Below, piece by piece: positions 10,287 to 18,762 of a DNA stretch of 43,729 nt. Each line of letters opens with the position of its first letter. Position 1 is the first letter of the stretch. The stretch covers positions 1 through 43,729 of the forward strand of contig JAZDPL010000071.1 of the NCBI GenBank assembly GCA_043797665.1, given 5' to 3'. Made by a program: the position numbers and the translations under genes. The DNA comes from Candidatus Omnitrophota bacterium (lineage in GTDB: Bacteria; Ratteibacteria; UBA8468; MWAK01). A model generated the notes under the pieces. It made no database searches. It was not told the DNA's origin and was given only the letters and a program-made list of their open reading frames with translations.

Positions 10287-10685
10287 CTACCCAATTTTTT
10301 CAATTTTATCAACAATAAATCCAGTAAGTTCTTGGGTTAATTTTAAAACTTTTTTACACTCTTGCCGAGAATAAATTTTTATTTCTGGGGGATAGCGAGA
10401 CTCAATATAATAAGCGTCTAATAGTTTCAGTTCTTCTTCCGAATTTAGAAATTCCTTGTCTTTAGTGGCACAAAGTTTCGCTAAATTCCATAAACTATGA
10501 ATCTTTTCAAAATGGATGTTTTTGGCAACTAAATAGGCTTTTATAAATTTCTCTATGGATTGATGACAGTGAAAGCAAATAGTATCGGAAGGTCCCTTTT
10601 CTCGATAAAGGATTTCAACTGATTTAAGGTCATTCCGGGCTTTAATAATCCATTCTTCAACTAACCTAGAGTGGTTATTTAGCAT
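10287..10685 (-). CDS. HEPN domain protein (MNT-HEPN pair)
   Basis: W..KA..DL, CFHCHQSIEKFIKAYL, KIHSL..L and YIESRYP; overlaps the upstream nucleotidyltransferase gene. Confidence 0.9.
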   Translation of the reverse strand: MLNNHSRLVEEWIIKARNDLKSVEILYREKGPSDTICFHCHQSIEKFIKAYLVAKNIHFEKIHSLWNLAKLCATKDKEFLNSEEELKLLDAYYIESRYPPEIKIYSRQECKKVLKLTQELTGFIVDKIEKIG

Positions 10686-10986
10686 ATACTACTTTTCCTT
10701 TTTTCATAATATCCTGGAAGAAGAAATCGCCCATCTCAAGCCGTTCTTGAAGTTCTTCTGGAGAATAGACTAAAGGTTCTAAAGGAAAGTTACTTTCCAC
10801 TTTCATCAAGACTTCTTTAATCCGCTCTATTTTTCTTTTTTTAGTTTTTTTAATGATTAACAAATCTATGTCACTGGAAAGTTTAGTTTTTCCATAAGCA
10901 AAAGAACCAAAAAGGACAACCTGTTCTGGTTTATAACTTTTTACAATTTGTTTTATTATTTTTTTTATTTCTTTTTGATTTTTCAT
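10675..10986 (-). CDS. Minimal nucleotidyltransferase (MNT)
   Basis: VLFGSFAYG....SDIDLLII motif; 103 aa. Confidence 0.92.
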   Translation of the reverse strand: MKNQKEIKKIIKQIVKSYKPEQVVLFGSFAYGKTKLSSDIDLLIIKKTKKRKIERIKEVLMKVESNFPLEPLVYSPEELQERLEMGDFFFQDIMKKGKVVYAK

Positions 10987-10994
10987 ATGGTTGT

Positions 10995-11023
10995 ATTATA
11001 GTCTATTCAAAAATCAATGTCAA
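10995..11023 (-). promoter_or_regulatory. Consensus sigma70 promoter of the MNT-HEPN operon
   Basis: Minus strand TTGACA-17 nt-TATAAT, only 8 nt before the ATG. Confidence 0.8.
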
Positions 11024-11059
11024 AGTAAGGAAAAAATGACAACGAAATTCTTATGCGGG

Positions 11060-11863
11060 TTACCAGGAGGGAAAGATATAGAGGGTAATCCGGTAGCGCT
11101 GACACAGCTCAAAAACCGTCTCTTTTTCTAAAACAAACGTCCCGCCGGATACCGCTAAAACCCGGCCGGAAAACCTGGCTAACGTCCTGAGCGTTCGGGA
11201 ACCGATTACCGGTAAATCAAACCGCACATCCTGGTTGGGCCGTCTCACCTTAACCACCACCATCCCCCGGGTAAACCTGCCGGCCCGCGAGATAGTCAGG
11301 TCGGTGCCTTCAATCGCTTCTAACGCAAGAACCACCCCGTCCTTTACCGCCACCGTGAGTCCGACGTCAAGAGAACTCAAGACCTCAGCCACCTTCCTGC
11401 CTAAGGCAACGTCTTTCTCTTCAGCCTCGGAAAGGATGGGTCCCATAATTGTTTTGGGGGGCAGGAAAAGGTCATCCAGAAGGAAATTTGACGGCAAAAG
11501 TTTGACGCCTTTATTTTCAAAGTGGTCCGCGATGGCTTTAAGAACGGTACTGGTCCTCCGGTCCGGAATCCGGGCCAAAATCTGAGTCATTTCCGGGTCA
11601 AGGTTCTTTTCCTGGAGAAGCCGGATATGGCGTACCTGGCCTAACATCACCGCTTCTTTAATACCGTTTTCGGCAAAAAAGTTTGTTCCGGTACTTAACC
11701 GGCCGGCCGGCAGGAGAAGGCTCTTTTCCGAAAGGGACAGAACCTTAGGTTCAGCCTCCCGTTCAATTGCTAAAGTATATACCTGGTATTCCTTCTCCCT
11801 GGCTTTATTCAGAAAAAGAAGGGGGAGCGTCCCGTTACCGGCAATCAATCCGATTTTTTGCAT
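11060..11863 (-). CDS. lpxI: UDP-2,3-diacylglucosamine diphosphatase LpxI
   Basis: IGLIAGNG.LP, LDVG.TV, ALEAIEGTD and QDVRFDLPVIG; immediately downstream of lpxA. Confidence 0.93.
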   Translation of the reverse strand: MQKIGLIAGNGTLPLLFLNKAREKEYQVYTLAIEREAEPKVLSLSEKSLLLPAGRLSTGTNFFAENGIKEAVMLGQVRHIRLLQEKNLDPEMTQILARIPDRRTSTVLKAIADHFENKGVKLLPSNFLLDDLFLPPKTIMGPILSEAEEKDVALGRKVAEVLSSLDVGLTVAVKDGVVLALEAIEGTDLTISRAGRFTRGMVVVKVRRPNQDVRFDLPVIGSRTLRTLARFSGRVLAVSGGTFVLEKETVFELCQRYRITLYIFPSW

Positions 11864-11870
11864 TTTCGGT

Positions 11871-12650
11871 TTAGCACCTCCTTAGGGCAAGCCCGCGCTC
11901 GGAAAGGGCAATAAATTCAAGAAGGTGGGCTACTTCAGGAGCAGGAGGAACCTCGGCTTTAATCCTGGCTACCGCCTGGGTAAGGTTCAGATGACTCCGC
12001 AAAAGGAGTCGGAACGCTTTCTCCAGACCGGCTAATGCTTCGGAAGAAAACTTCTGCCGTTTCAGACCGATCCGGTTAAGCCAGTAGACCCGGGCCGGTC
12101 GTCCGTCGGAAAGGCTGTAGGGTATGACATCCTGGGTAACCTTGGAACATCCGCCCACGATGGCAAAAGAGCCGATCCGGCAAAACTGATGAATACCACA
12201 AAAACCGCCTAAGATTACGTTCTTTTCTATCGTAACATGACCCGCTAAGGTGGCGTTATTAGCCAGAACGGTGGCATCGGCGACAACGCAATTGTGCGCG
12301 ATATGGCTGTACGCCATAATCAAATTATCCGAACCCACCGAGGTAGACCCGCCTTCTTCGGTAGCCGAATTAATCGTTACGTATTCGCGAATAGTGTTCC
12401 GGTCACCAATCCGGATAAAACCCTTCTCACCCCGGTACTTAAGGTCCTGGGGAGGACTGCCGATGACTGTCCCTGTAAAAATACGACATTGTCTGCCGAT
12501 GGAAATATTCCCGGTGATAACCGCATAAGGACCCACCTCGGTTTCGTCACCGACCTCAACCTCACCATCTATGATTGTACCCGGTCCGATTACTACATCC
12601 TTCCCTAACTTAACCCGGGAACTCACGATGGCGCTGGAGTGAACCTTCAT
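11871..12650 (-). CDS. lpxA: Acyl-ACP--UDP-N-acetylglucosamine O-acyltransferase
   Basis: Hexapeptide repeats; PQDLKY.GE, IREYVTIN, MAYSHIAHNC, LAGHV and HQFCRIG. Confidence 0.97.
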   Translation of the reverse strand: MKVHSSAIVSSRVKLGKDVVIGPGTIIDGEVEVGDETEVGPYAVITGNISIGRQCRIFTGTVIGSPPQDLKYRGEKGFIRIGDRNTIREYVTINSATEEGGSTSVGSDNLIMAYSHIAHNCVVADATVLANNATLAGHVTIEKNVILGGFCGIHQFCRIGSFAIVGGCSKVTQDVIPYSLSDGRPARVYWLNRIGLKRQKFSSEALAGLEKAFRLLLRSHLNLTQAVARIKAEVPPAPEVAHLLEFIALSERGLALRRC

Positions 12651-12694
12651 TTTCCTTTAATTTTAGCACACATTAAAAACTTTTTCCAAGGAAT

Positions 12695-12724
12695 TTTACA
12701 AACAAAGCAAATTCCTGCTATAAT
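12695..12724 (+). promoter_or_regulatory. Sigma70 promoter divergent from lpxA
   Basis: TTTACA-18 nt-TATAAT with an extended TG. Confidence 0.55.
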
Positions 12725-12792
12725 AAATCAGCCCCTCACCCCTGGATTACCGCTGGATGGTGAAACAGAGGTAGGTTCTAATTTACCTCAAG

Positions 12793-13578
12793 ATGAGAAA
12801 TTGGCGTTACCTTTTACCGGCTGTATTCTTCCTTGCTTTACTCCCCGGATGCTGCACCACAAATAGCAGCCGGGACAGGCTCTTCCAGGTATCCACCATC
12901 AATGCCCTTTTTGAAGGTATTTACGAGGGAAGCATAAACTGGTCGCAGTTAAAGAAACACGGCGACTTTGGCATCGGAACCTTTGAGGGGCTTGACGGCG
13001 AAATGGTGGTACTTGACGAAAAATGTTACCAGGTTAAGATCGACGGCGTGGCTTATGAAGTGGGACCATCGATACGAATTCCCTTTGCAGCGGTAACCTT
13101 TTTTGAAGCCGACCAGACCAACATTCCCGGGAACAATCTGAATTACCAACAATTGACCAGGTACCTTGACGGAAGTCTGCCGTCAAAGAACCTTTTTTAT
13201 GCTATCAAAATAGAAGGAACCTTTGATTACATCAAAACCAGGAGCGTCCCCAAACAAACTAAACCCTATCCCGCCCTCTCTGAAGTGGTCAAGAACCAAA
13301 GGACGTTTGAATTCCGGAATGTAAAAGGTACGGTGGTTGGTTTTTACTGTCCGACCTATGCCAAGGGTTTCAACACCTCCGGTTACCACTTCCATTTCCT
13401 CACGGAAGACCGGAAGTCCGGCGGACATCTTTTGGACTGCCGGACGAAAAGTGTAAAAGTTAAGATTGACCGTACTCCCCAATTTTACGTCGTGCTGCCG
13501 GAAAACGCCGGGTTTCTTGAAGTGGATTTGACCAAAGAAACAGAGGTGCAGGTAAATAAGGTTGAAAATCAGAAGTAA
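12793..13578 (+). CDS. budA: Alpha-acetolactate decarboxylase with a lipoprotein-like signal
   Basis: LFQVSTINAL..G.YEG, HGDFGIGTFEGLDGEM, GYHFHF and GGHLLD; N-terminal LALLPGC. Confidence 0.92.
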   Translation: MRNWRYLLPAVFFLALLPGCCTTNSSRDRLFQVSTINALFEGIYEGSINWSQLKKHGDFGIGTFEGLDGEMVVLDEKCYQVKIDGVAYEVGPSIRIPFAAVTFFEADQTNIPGNNLNYQQLTRYLDGSLPSKNLFYAIKIEGTFDYIKTRSVPKQTKPYPALSEVVKNQRTFEFRNVKGTVVGFYCPTYAKGFNTSGYHFHFLTEDRKSGGHLLDCRTKSVKVKIDRTPQFYVVLPENAGFLEVDLTKETEVQVNKVENQK

Positions 13579-13618
13579 CGCCACCTTAGCTCAGCGGTAG
13601 AGCAGGGCATTTGTAATG
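13579..13618 (+). repeat. att-like 40-bp duplicate of the tRNA-Thr 5' half
   Basis: Identical to 16056-16095; ends 2 nt past the anticodon loop. Confidence 0.95.
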
Positions 13619-13739
13619 AGATACAGCCGATTTCCGCAGACCCGCACCAGATAAGCGAATCCGTTGTCTATCAACGGTCTCACCCACCTGCCCGACTTAT
13701 ACCAAGTTATATGGAGATATGCCGTTTTGGACGGCAACA

Positions 13740-13760
13740 TGGCACAAATCTGGCACAAAT
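13740..13760 (+). repeat. Tandem 10-bp direct repeat TGGCACAAAT (integrase arm-site-like)
   Basis: Two perfect copies with an 11-bp period, about 120 bp inside the att-like repeat. Confidence 0.6.
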
Positions 13761-13806
13761 AGAGTTACCTTATCCCGGAGAAATTGTCTCATAAAAAGGC
13801 CGGCTT

Positions 13807-13836
13807 TTGATTTTCCTTCTTAGGTGATGTTATAAT
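13807..13836 (+). promoter_or_regulatory. Sigma70 promoter of the PIN operon
   Basis: TTGATT-18 nt-TATAAT with an extended TG. Confidence 0.55.
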
Positions 13837-13898
13837 AGACAAAGATAAAAAGACTACAGTTTTATACTTTTCATCTTTTTGGAAAAGAGGGAGGGGCC

Positions 13899-14078
13899 AT
13901 GGCACAAGAAAAAAGAGCGGAGAAAATAGTTTCGTTTGAAGAGAGCCTTAAAGAAAGGATGGGGAAACAATGGGAGAAGGTCTCTAAAGAAGACAAGAAA
14001 GTCATACACGAAATGAGCGCGTGCCAGATGAAAGGAGGCCCCATAGGCTCAGCAGTGGTTGAAAACGAGTGGGAGTGA
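13899..14078 (+). CDS. 59-aa small protein, putative antitoxin of the PIN protein
   Basis: GGGAGG RBS. Translates MAQEKRAEKIVSFEESLKERMGKQWEKVSKEDKKVIHEMSACQMKGGPIGSAVVENEWE*; ends 6 nt before the PIN gene. Not in the ORF track. Confidence 0.65.
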   Translation: MAQEKRAEKIVSFEESLKERMGKQWEKVSKEDKKVIHEMSACQMKGGPIGSAVVENEWE

Positions 14079-14084
14079 CCCCGT

Positions 14085-14729
14085 ATGCTTTTTTACTTAA
14101 TAGATGCTTCCGTAGCGGTAGAATTTTATCAGCCAAAGTCTGCATTTCATACACCAACGGAGTATAAGCACAGTTTAGATCTGCGTTATTATATTACTCA
14201 ACAGAAGTCTACCGGCAAGGCAACTATTTTTATTCCCTCATTCTGTATAGCAGAGGTACGCAATACTTTAGCGAAATGGTATTTCCGCTCCAAAAATGTC
14301 TTCTCCTCAAAACAACATTATGACACTGCCTTTGGAACTTTTATTTCCCATGTTCACGACCGGAAGTTTTTTTATTCTTATGACCTCAATCGGTATCACA
14401 ATCTTAACACAAATGTAATTGCCGAGATAGAGCATACTACAGACACTGAATTCGACGCCACAGGCCTATCAATTGGGACAGATAGTAAGTTAATCAACGA
14501 AAAACTGCGTCAGAAAAATCCAAAAGGCCACGTGGGTCACTATCACTTAGGCACTCTTGATATTCTTATTATTGCGATGGGTATGGAATTAAAGAGAATA
14601 ACCGGTGAAGAAGTTTATCTTCTAACATCTGATAAACGACTAAGTCTAATTTCATCTAAGAAACCGGAAGAATTTCCAAAGTCCTATTACTGGCCTACAT
14701 TGAAAATTTCTGACTTGCCAAAAACCTAA
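14085..14729 (+). CDS. PIN-domain (VapC-like) nuclease, extended form
   Basis: YLIDASV, FIPSFCIAEV, LGTLDILIIA and LLTSDKRL supply the four conserved acidic positions. Confidence 0.75.
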   Translation: MLFYLIDASVAVEFYQPKSAFHTPTEYKHSLDLRYYITQQKSTGKATIFIPSFCIAEVRNTLAKWYFRSKNVFSSKQHYDTAFGTFISHVHDRKFFYSYDLNRYHNLNTNVIAEIEHTTDTEFDATGLSIGTDSKLINEKLRQKNPKGHVGHYHLGTLDILIIAMGMELKRITGEEVYLLTSDKRLSLISSKKPEEFPKSYYWPTLKISDLPKT

Positions 14730-15130
14730 GGTGCATAAACAAGCCCGATCTACTATTCACTATCTTTTACCCCGACTGGCCCCCAGACTCCCTTCCCGCG
14801 CTCAGGTCCCACCCACCATACCTCCTCTCCCCTGAGTTGCTGTTCCCCCGCCCCGCAATATTTTGAGGCTAATGGAATTAAAGGTGAGGGGAGCCAGGAT
14901 AATTTCTGGTTTGTTCTGGATGAAGTAAACCCAGGTACTACTGCTGAAATTACCATAAAAGCACTTGAGGCACCTCCTTTTGATATTCTTTCACCGGAAC
15001 AAGTAGATCCGGAGGGGGTCCGGGTGGCAACTCCACAGGCGGTATATTCTCGTCTTCGGAGGAGGTCGTGACCCATATCTTAGACTTACCGTCGCCACAA
15101 AAGAAGCGATAGCAGTATTTGGCAAGCAAT

Positions 15131-15688
15131 GTCTCTGCCCCTGCACTACGATTGGTTCCACCCTCAACCTTTCCAATGGCAACCTATCCTCCAGGACTGA
15201 CCCTGCCGGCAAGAACGAATCTTTACCCATAAAGGAACTACACCCAACCTTAGACCAGCAACCCTTTATCCAGAATCCCACAACAATCACCTACACCTAC
15301 AATTCTGGAAACCAACTTCTCTCTGAATCCGGCCGCAGAATCCTCTCCCCTGGTGGGAGAGGCGTAGGTGAGGGGGACTACTACCAGACCACCTACGAAT
15401 ACGACTACGCCAACCTCCTTTCCCAGATTACCTACCCAGACGGCTCAACCAACACCTTTACCAACTGCCGGTGTGGTACCTTCCGGCTCCAGAAAGTATC
15501 TCTCTGATGACACCACTTGGAAGATCACCTACTACCTCTACGACGGCTTAGGCAATGTCCGGCAACTGGTAGATAAGAAAGGTTCCGTAATGGGAAGTTA
15601 TGACTACGAGCCTTTTGGCCTCATTACTGATTGGAAGGGCGGCTACCCCTTCAATAATCTTACAGGGGGGTGGTACACTTTTACTTGA
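15131..15688 (+). pseudogene. Collapsed RHS/YD-repeat gene fragments
   Basis: Pieces in different frames: IGSTLNLSNGNLS, ITYTYNSGNQLLSE, TTYEYDYANLLSQITYPDGSTNTF and YYLYDGLGNVRQLVD..G.V..SYDYEPFG. Confidence 0.75.
15342..15376. repeat. REP-like palindrome CCTCTCCC...GGGAGAGG...GGTGAGGGG
   Basis: 8-bp stem with a G-rich tail, located between RHS fragments. Confidence 0.55.
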
Positions 15689-15986
15689 CCGACCCCGAAC
15701 GATCTTGGAAGATATTCTTCTTGCTCTGGAACGAGAATCTTTACAGCACAGGTTACGCAGTATCATACCCTAAATCCATACCAAAGATTTTTCGCCTTCT
15801 TTAAAAAGATATATCCAAATCGCTTCGGGATTAAGTAAAAGGTTAGAGAAACGTTGGCAAAAAATGAGACCAGGAATTAAACCTAACCCGCCTTTGCAAT
15901 TCTTCTCCTGAATTGTAATATCTCTCCACTTAGGCAACGAATCGGTTTCGTTTAGATTTTCCGTGAGGCAACTCGGGAACACGATT

Positions 15987-16015
15987 TTGACTACCCGGAG
16001 AGAAGGTGGTATCCT
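15987..16015 (+). promoter_or_regulatory. Promoter for tRNA-Thr
   Basis: TTGACT-17 nt-TATCCT with an extended TG, about 40 nt upstream of the tRNA. Confidence 0.55.
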
Positions 16016-16056
16016 TTAATGTGATGAAATTGCCACGGAGCTTCGAATAAGTTTTC

Positions 16057-16128
16057 GCCACCTTAGCTCAGCGGTAGAGCAGGGCATTTGTAATGCTCTG
16101 GTCGGGGGTTCAATTCCCTCAGGTGGCT
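16057..16128 (+). tRNA. tRNA-Thr(TGT), CCA not encoded
   Basis: Acceptor stem GCCACCT/AGGTGGC; D arm GCTC-AGCGGTA-GAGC; anticodon arm GGGCA-TTTGTAA-TGCTC; T loop GTTCAATTC. Confidence 0.97.
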
Positions 16129-16565
16129 CAAAGGCAGGACAAGGCTTTCCACGTTTTCCGTCTTTTCAGTTTTTGCCTCAGGTGTCCAAAAAACGTCCAT
16201 CTTTTCTTCAAAATGGTCAACCCACTTCTTCTGGTAATCAGGTGAAAGGTGGGCATATCTGAGTACCATATTGTATGACTTCCAACCACCCAGTTTTTGA
16301 AGAACCTCCAGCGGAACTCCCGCCATAGCCATTTGTGAAGCCCAGGTATGGCGTAGGTCGTGGAAGGTAAAGTTATCTATCCCTGCTTTATTCAATGCTG
16401 TATGGAAGGATTTCCTCAGGTCTTGGTAAGGTATTCCGTCCTTATTAGGAAAAATATAGGGGTTTTTAGGGTTTTTCTTTACCTTAAGTAAAACGTCAAA
16501 GACAATATTATTCATCGGCACTTCTCTTTTTTCTTCGCTTTTAGTCTCCAGTAGGTAGATTAATC
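16063..16565 (-). pseudogene. Tyrosine recombinase/integrase C-terminal fragment
   Basis: TK...R.VP, FHDLRHTWAS, LGGW and RYAH. The N-terminal domains and first catalytic Arg box are missing. The frame runs antisense through the tRNA. Confidence 0.88.
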
Positions 16566-16643
16566 TACATGCCCGTTCTATGAGGAAACTCCAGGTATCC
16601 ACATAGCTAACTTTGGCGCTCTACTCTCGCCACAAGGTGTTAG

Positions 16644-16675
16644 AGTAATAGTTTAGTTTCTCTAAAACTATTACT
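16644..16675. other. AT-rich inverted repeat (possible terminator or protein-binding site)
   Basis: AGTAATAGTTT-10 nt-AAACTATTACT, just downstream of the deacylase stop and close to the integrase truncation point. Confidence 0.4.
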
Positions 16676-16689
16676 AATTATATGATATT

Positions 16690-18375
16690 TCAGGATAACT
16701 TAATTCTTACCAACCGGCAGGTACGGCCGCCCCGTTTTCCGGTCAACTTGCCGTGATCGATTGCCAGTTTGCCGTTAACCAATAAATAGGCAACGCCCTC
16801 GGAATAAAGCCCGCGATCAGCGTAAGTAGCATTCTCTTTCAGGTTCTTGAGATCGATGACCGCGATATCAGCGAATTTGCCCACGGCAATCATGCCCCGA
16901 TCTTTAATTTTAAACTTGGCTGCCGGCAATGAAGTCATCGAACGGATAGCGTCATTTAAGCTCAGCAGTTTTTCCTCCAGGGCATATTTTTTGATCTTTC
17001 GCGGGAAACAGCCAAAAAATCTGGGGTGCGGTGAATCAGCAGACTTAAAAACCGTAAAGCCGTCGGAAGCGGTGAAAACGTAATCATGCGGCATGATTTC
17101 GCGGTTAATTTGATCGCTGATCTCAAAGAAGAGCGCAAAGGGTGCCGGCTCCAGGCAGGAAAGTTCAACATAAACTTCAGCTGGATCTTTTTCCTTCATT
17201 TCCGCGATATCCTTAATGGTCTTGTTGCGGTATTTTTCCGGGCCGGAAGTGAGGCTGATCTTTTCCGGGTCAAGGAAGGTAAATACTTTTTTGATGGCCT
17301 GTCTCATCCGTACTTTGCCTTCGGGAGTCTTGTATTTTTCATTCACGCCGAGGCCGGTCTTGAATTCAGCCGGCAGGCGGTAGGAGAGGATGGCATAGCC
17401 AGCTTCGTAGGGATGCTGGTCAGCAGTAATATCTACGCCTTCAGCGCGGGCCTGCTCGATCAGACTGTACATTTGTTTTGCCTGGACATTGTTCCAGGGG
17501 AGGTTGAGCTGAATATGCGAGATGTGAACGGGGATATTGGCGCGCTTACCGATCTCGATCGTTTCCTTAATTGAATTCAGTTCCCCGTGCAGGCCGTTCT
17601 TATGCATGGCTCCGGTTTGGTCCCGGATGTGGGCATCGTAAAGGCCGCCGTATTTATTGACCACTTTGGCGATCTCAACCAGTTCGTCAGTGGTGGTGAA
17701 ACAATCGGGCGCGTACTCCAAGCCGACGGAAATACCGAGGGCGCCATTTTGCATTTCTTTTTCTACCATCTTTTTAAGAGTATCAAGCTGGTCTGCGGTC
17801 AGGGTCGTTGGCTGGTTATCCCCGAAAAGCTGATGTCTTAGCATGCCGTAAGGGATCAGGTGATAAACGTTGCTGCCAAATTTCATGGAATCGATCAGGC
17901 CCAACCACTGGTTTATGTCCCAGAAGCCTCCGCCGCACAACCCGGTAACTATAGTTGTAACGCCTTGGGTTGAATAATTATGATTGTTCTTCCAGGCGGG
18001 AGTTATCATGGAAAGGGCGTCCGCTTTGCCGAACATGATGAAAGCCATGAGAATATTGAGGTCGGTATGATTATGCACATCAATGAACCCGGGAGTGACG
18101 ATCAAGCCTTGGGCATTGATCGTTCTCCTGGCTGACCCGGTCAGATCTTTTCCCACAGCCACGATCTTGTCTCCCTTGACCCCCACATCCTCGACCACTG
18201 GTTTGGCGGTGCTTCCGTCATAAACCAGGCCGCCTTTGATCAGGATGTCGTAAACATAAAAAGAGCGCATGATCCGGCGGCTGGTCGGGATCAAAACAAT
18301 AACGGCCAGGATCAGAATGATAATGAGGATAATTATTTTTTGTCGAGTAGACATCTTTCCCGTCTTTTCCTCCAT
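16690..18375 (-). CDS. N-acyl-D-amino-acid deacylase family amidohydrolase with an N-terminal membrane anchor
   Basis: DILIKGG.VYDG, PGFIDVHNH, QGVTT, HIRD, HISH, ASDG, HPRFFGCFPR and ADIAVID; hydrophobic N-terminus. Confidence 0.88.
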   Translation of the reverse strand: MEEKTGKMSTRQKIIILIIILILAVIVLIPTSRRIMRSFYVYDILIKGGLVYDGSTAKPVVEDVGVKGDKIVAVGKDLTGSARRTINAQGLIVTPGFIDVHNHTDLNILMAFIMFGKADALSMITPAWKNNHNYSTQGVTTIVTGLCGGGFWDINQWLGLIDSMKFGSNVYHLIPYGMLRHQLFGDNQPTTLTADQLDTLKKMVEKEMQNGALGISVGLEYAPDCFTTTDELVEIAKVVNKYGGLYDAHIRDQTGAMHKNGLHGELNSIKETIEIGKRANIPVHISHIQLNLPWNNVQAKQMYSLIEQARAEGVDITADQHPYEAGYAILSYRLPAEFKTGLGVNEKYKTPEGKVRMRQAIKKVFTFLDPEKISLTSGPEKYRNKTIKDIAEMKEKDPAEVYVELSCLEPAPFALFFEISDQINREIMPHDYVFTASDGFTVFKSADSPHPRFFGCFPRKIKKYALEEKLLSLNDAIRSMTSLPAAKFKIKDRGMIAVGKFADIAVIDLKNLKENATYADRGLYSEGVAYLLVNGKLAIDHGKLTGKRGGRTCRLVRIKLS

Positions 18376-18762
18376 TTACAAAAGGTTATCTTTATGTGTT
18401 CACCCTTTACCCCACCAAAAAGAGATATTTTAACCTAAACCCCCAAAAACTACCAGGTTATTTATGTTAAACAACCTTGCTCTTTACCTAATTAAGTTGA
18501 GTTAATTAGTGTGATATAATAAACTAACAAATCTCACTACTGTCCGGTTAAAGATTGAATAATCCGCGAGGTGGCTCCGGCGATGATTGGTGGGGAACCG
18601 TTGAGGCTCCAAATTCCACCACCTTCGTTCCGGAAAGCACGACCTACTACACCAAAACGATGACCCGAACCGCTATCAAACTGCAAATCTGAAATCAAGT
18701 AATTTTGACCAGAAAGGACTGACGACATACAAATGGTATAATAAGTAAGGCAGGGTATTTTA

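Larger units (their letters stand above)
13579..16095. mobile_element. Degenerate ~2.5-kb island on the 5' side of tRNA-Thr
   Basis: Bounded by the 40-bp direct repeat. Carries arm-site-like repeats, a PIN gene pair and RHS debris; no integrase inside. Confidence 0.7.

Noticed and set aside
15690..15982. Short minus-strand ORFs upstream of the tRNA
   Set aside because: No recognisable domain; may be decayed gene sequence but cannot be supported.
16605..16645. attC-like hairpin (CTAAC...TGGCG...CGCCA...GTTAG)
   Set aside because: Too short, imperfect R boxes, single copy, and the neighbouring integrase fragment shows no integron-integrase insertion.
18445..18472. dif-like site (TTATGTTAAAC resembles a XerD arm)
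   Set aside because: No recognisable XerC arm 6 bp upstream.
18569..18579. AGGTGGCTCCG resembling the tRNA 3' end (possible internal att)
   Set aside because: Only a 9-10 bp match, which is compatible with chance.
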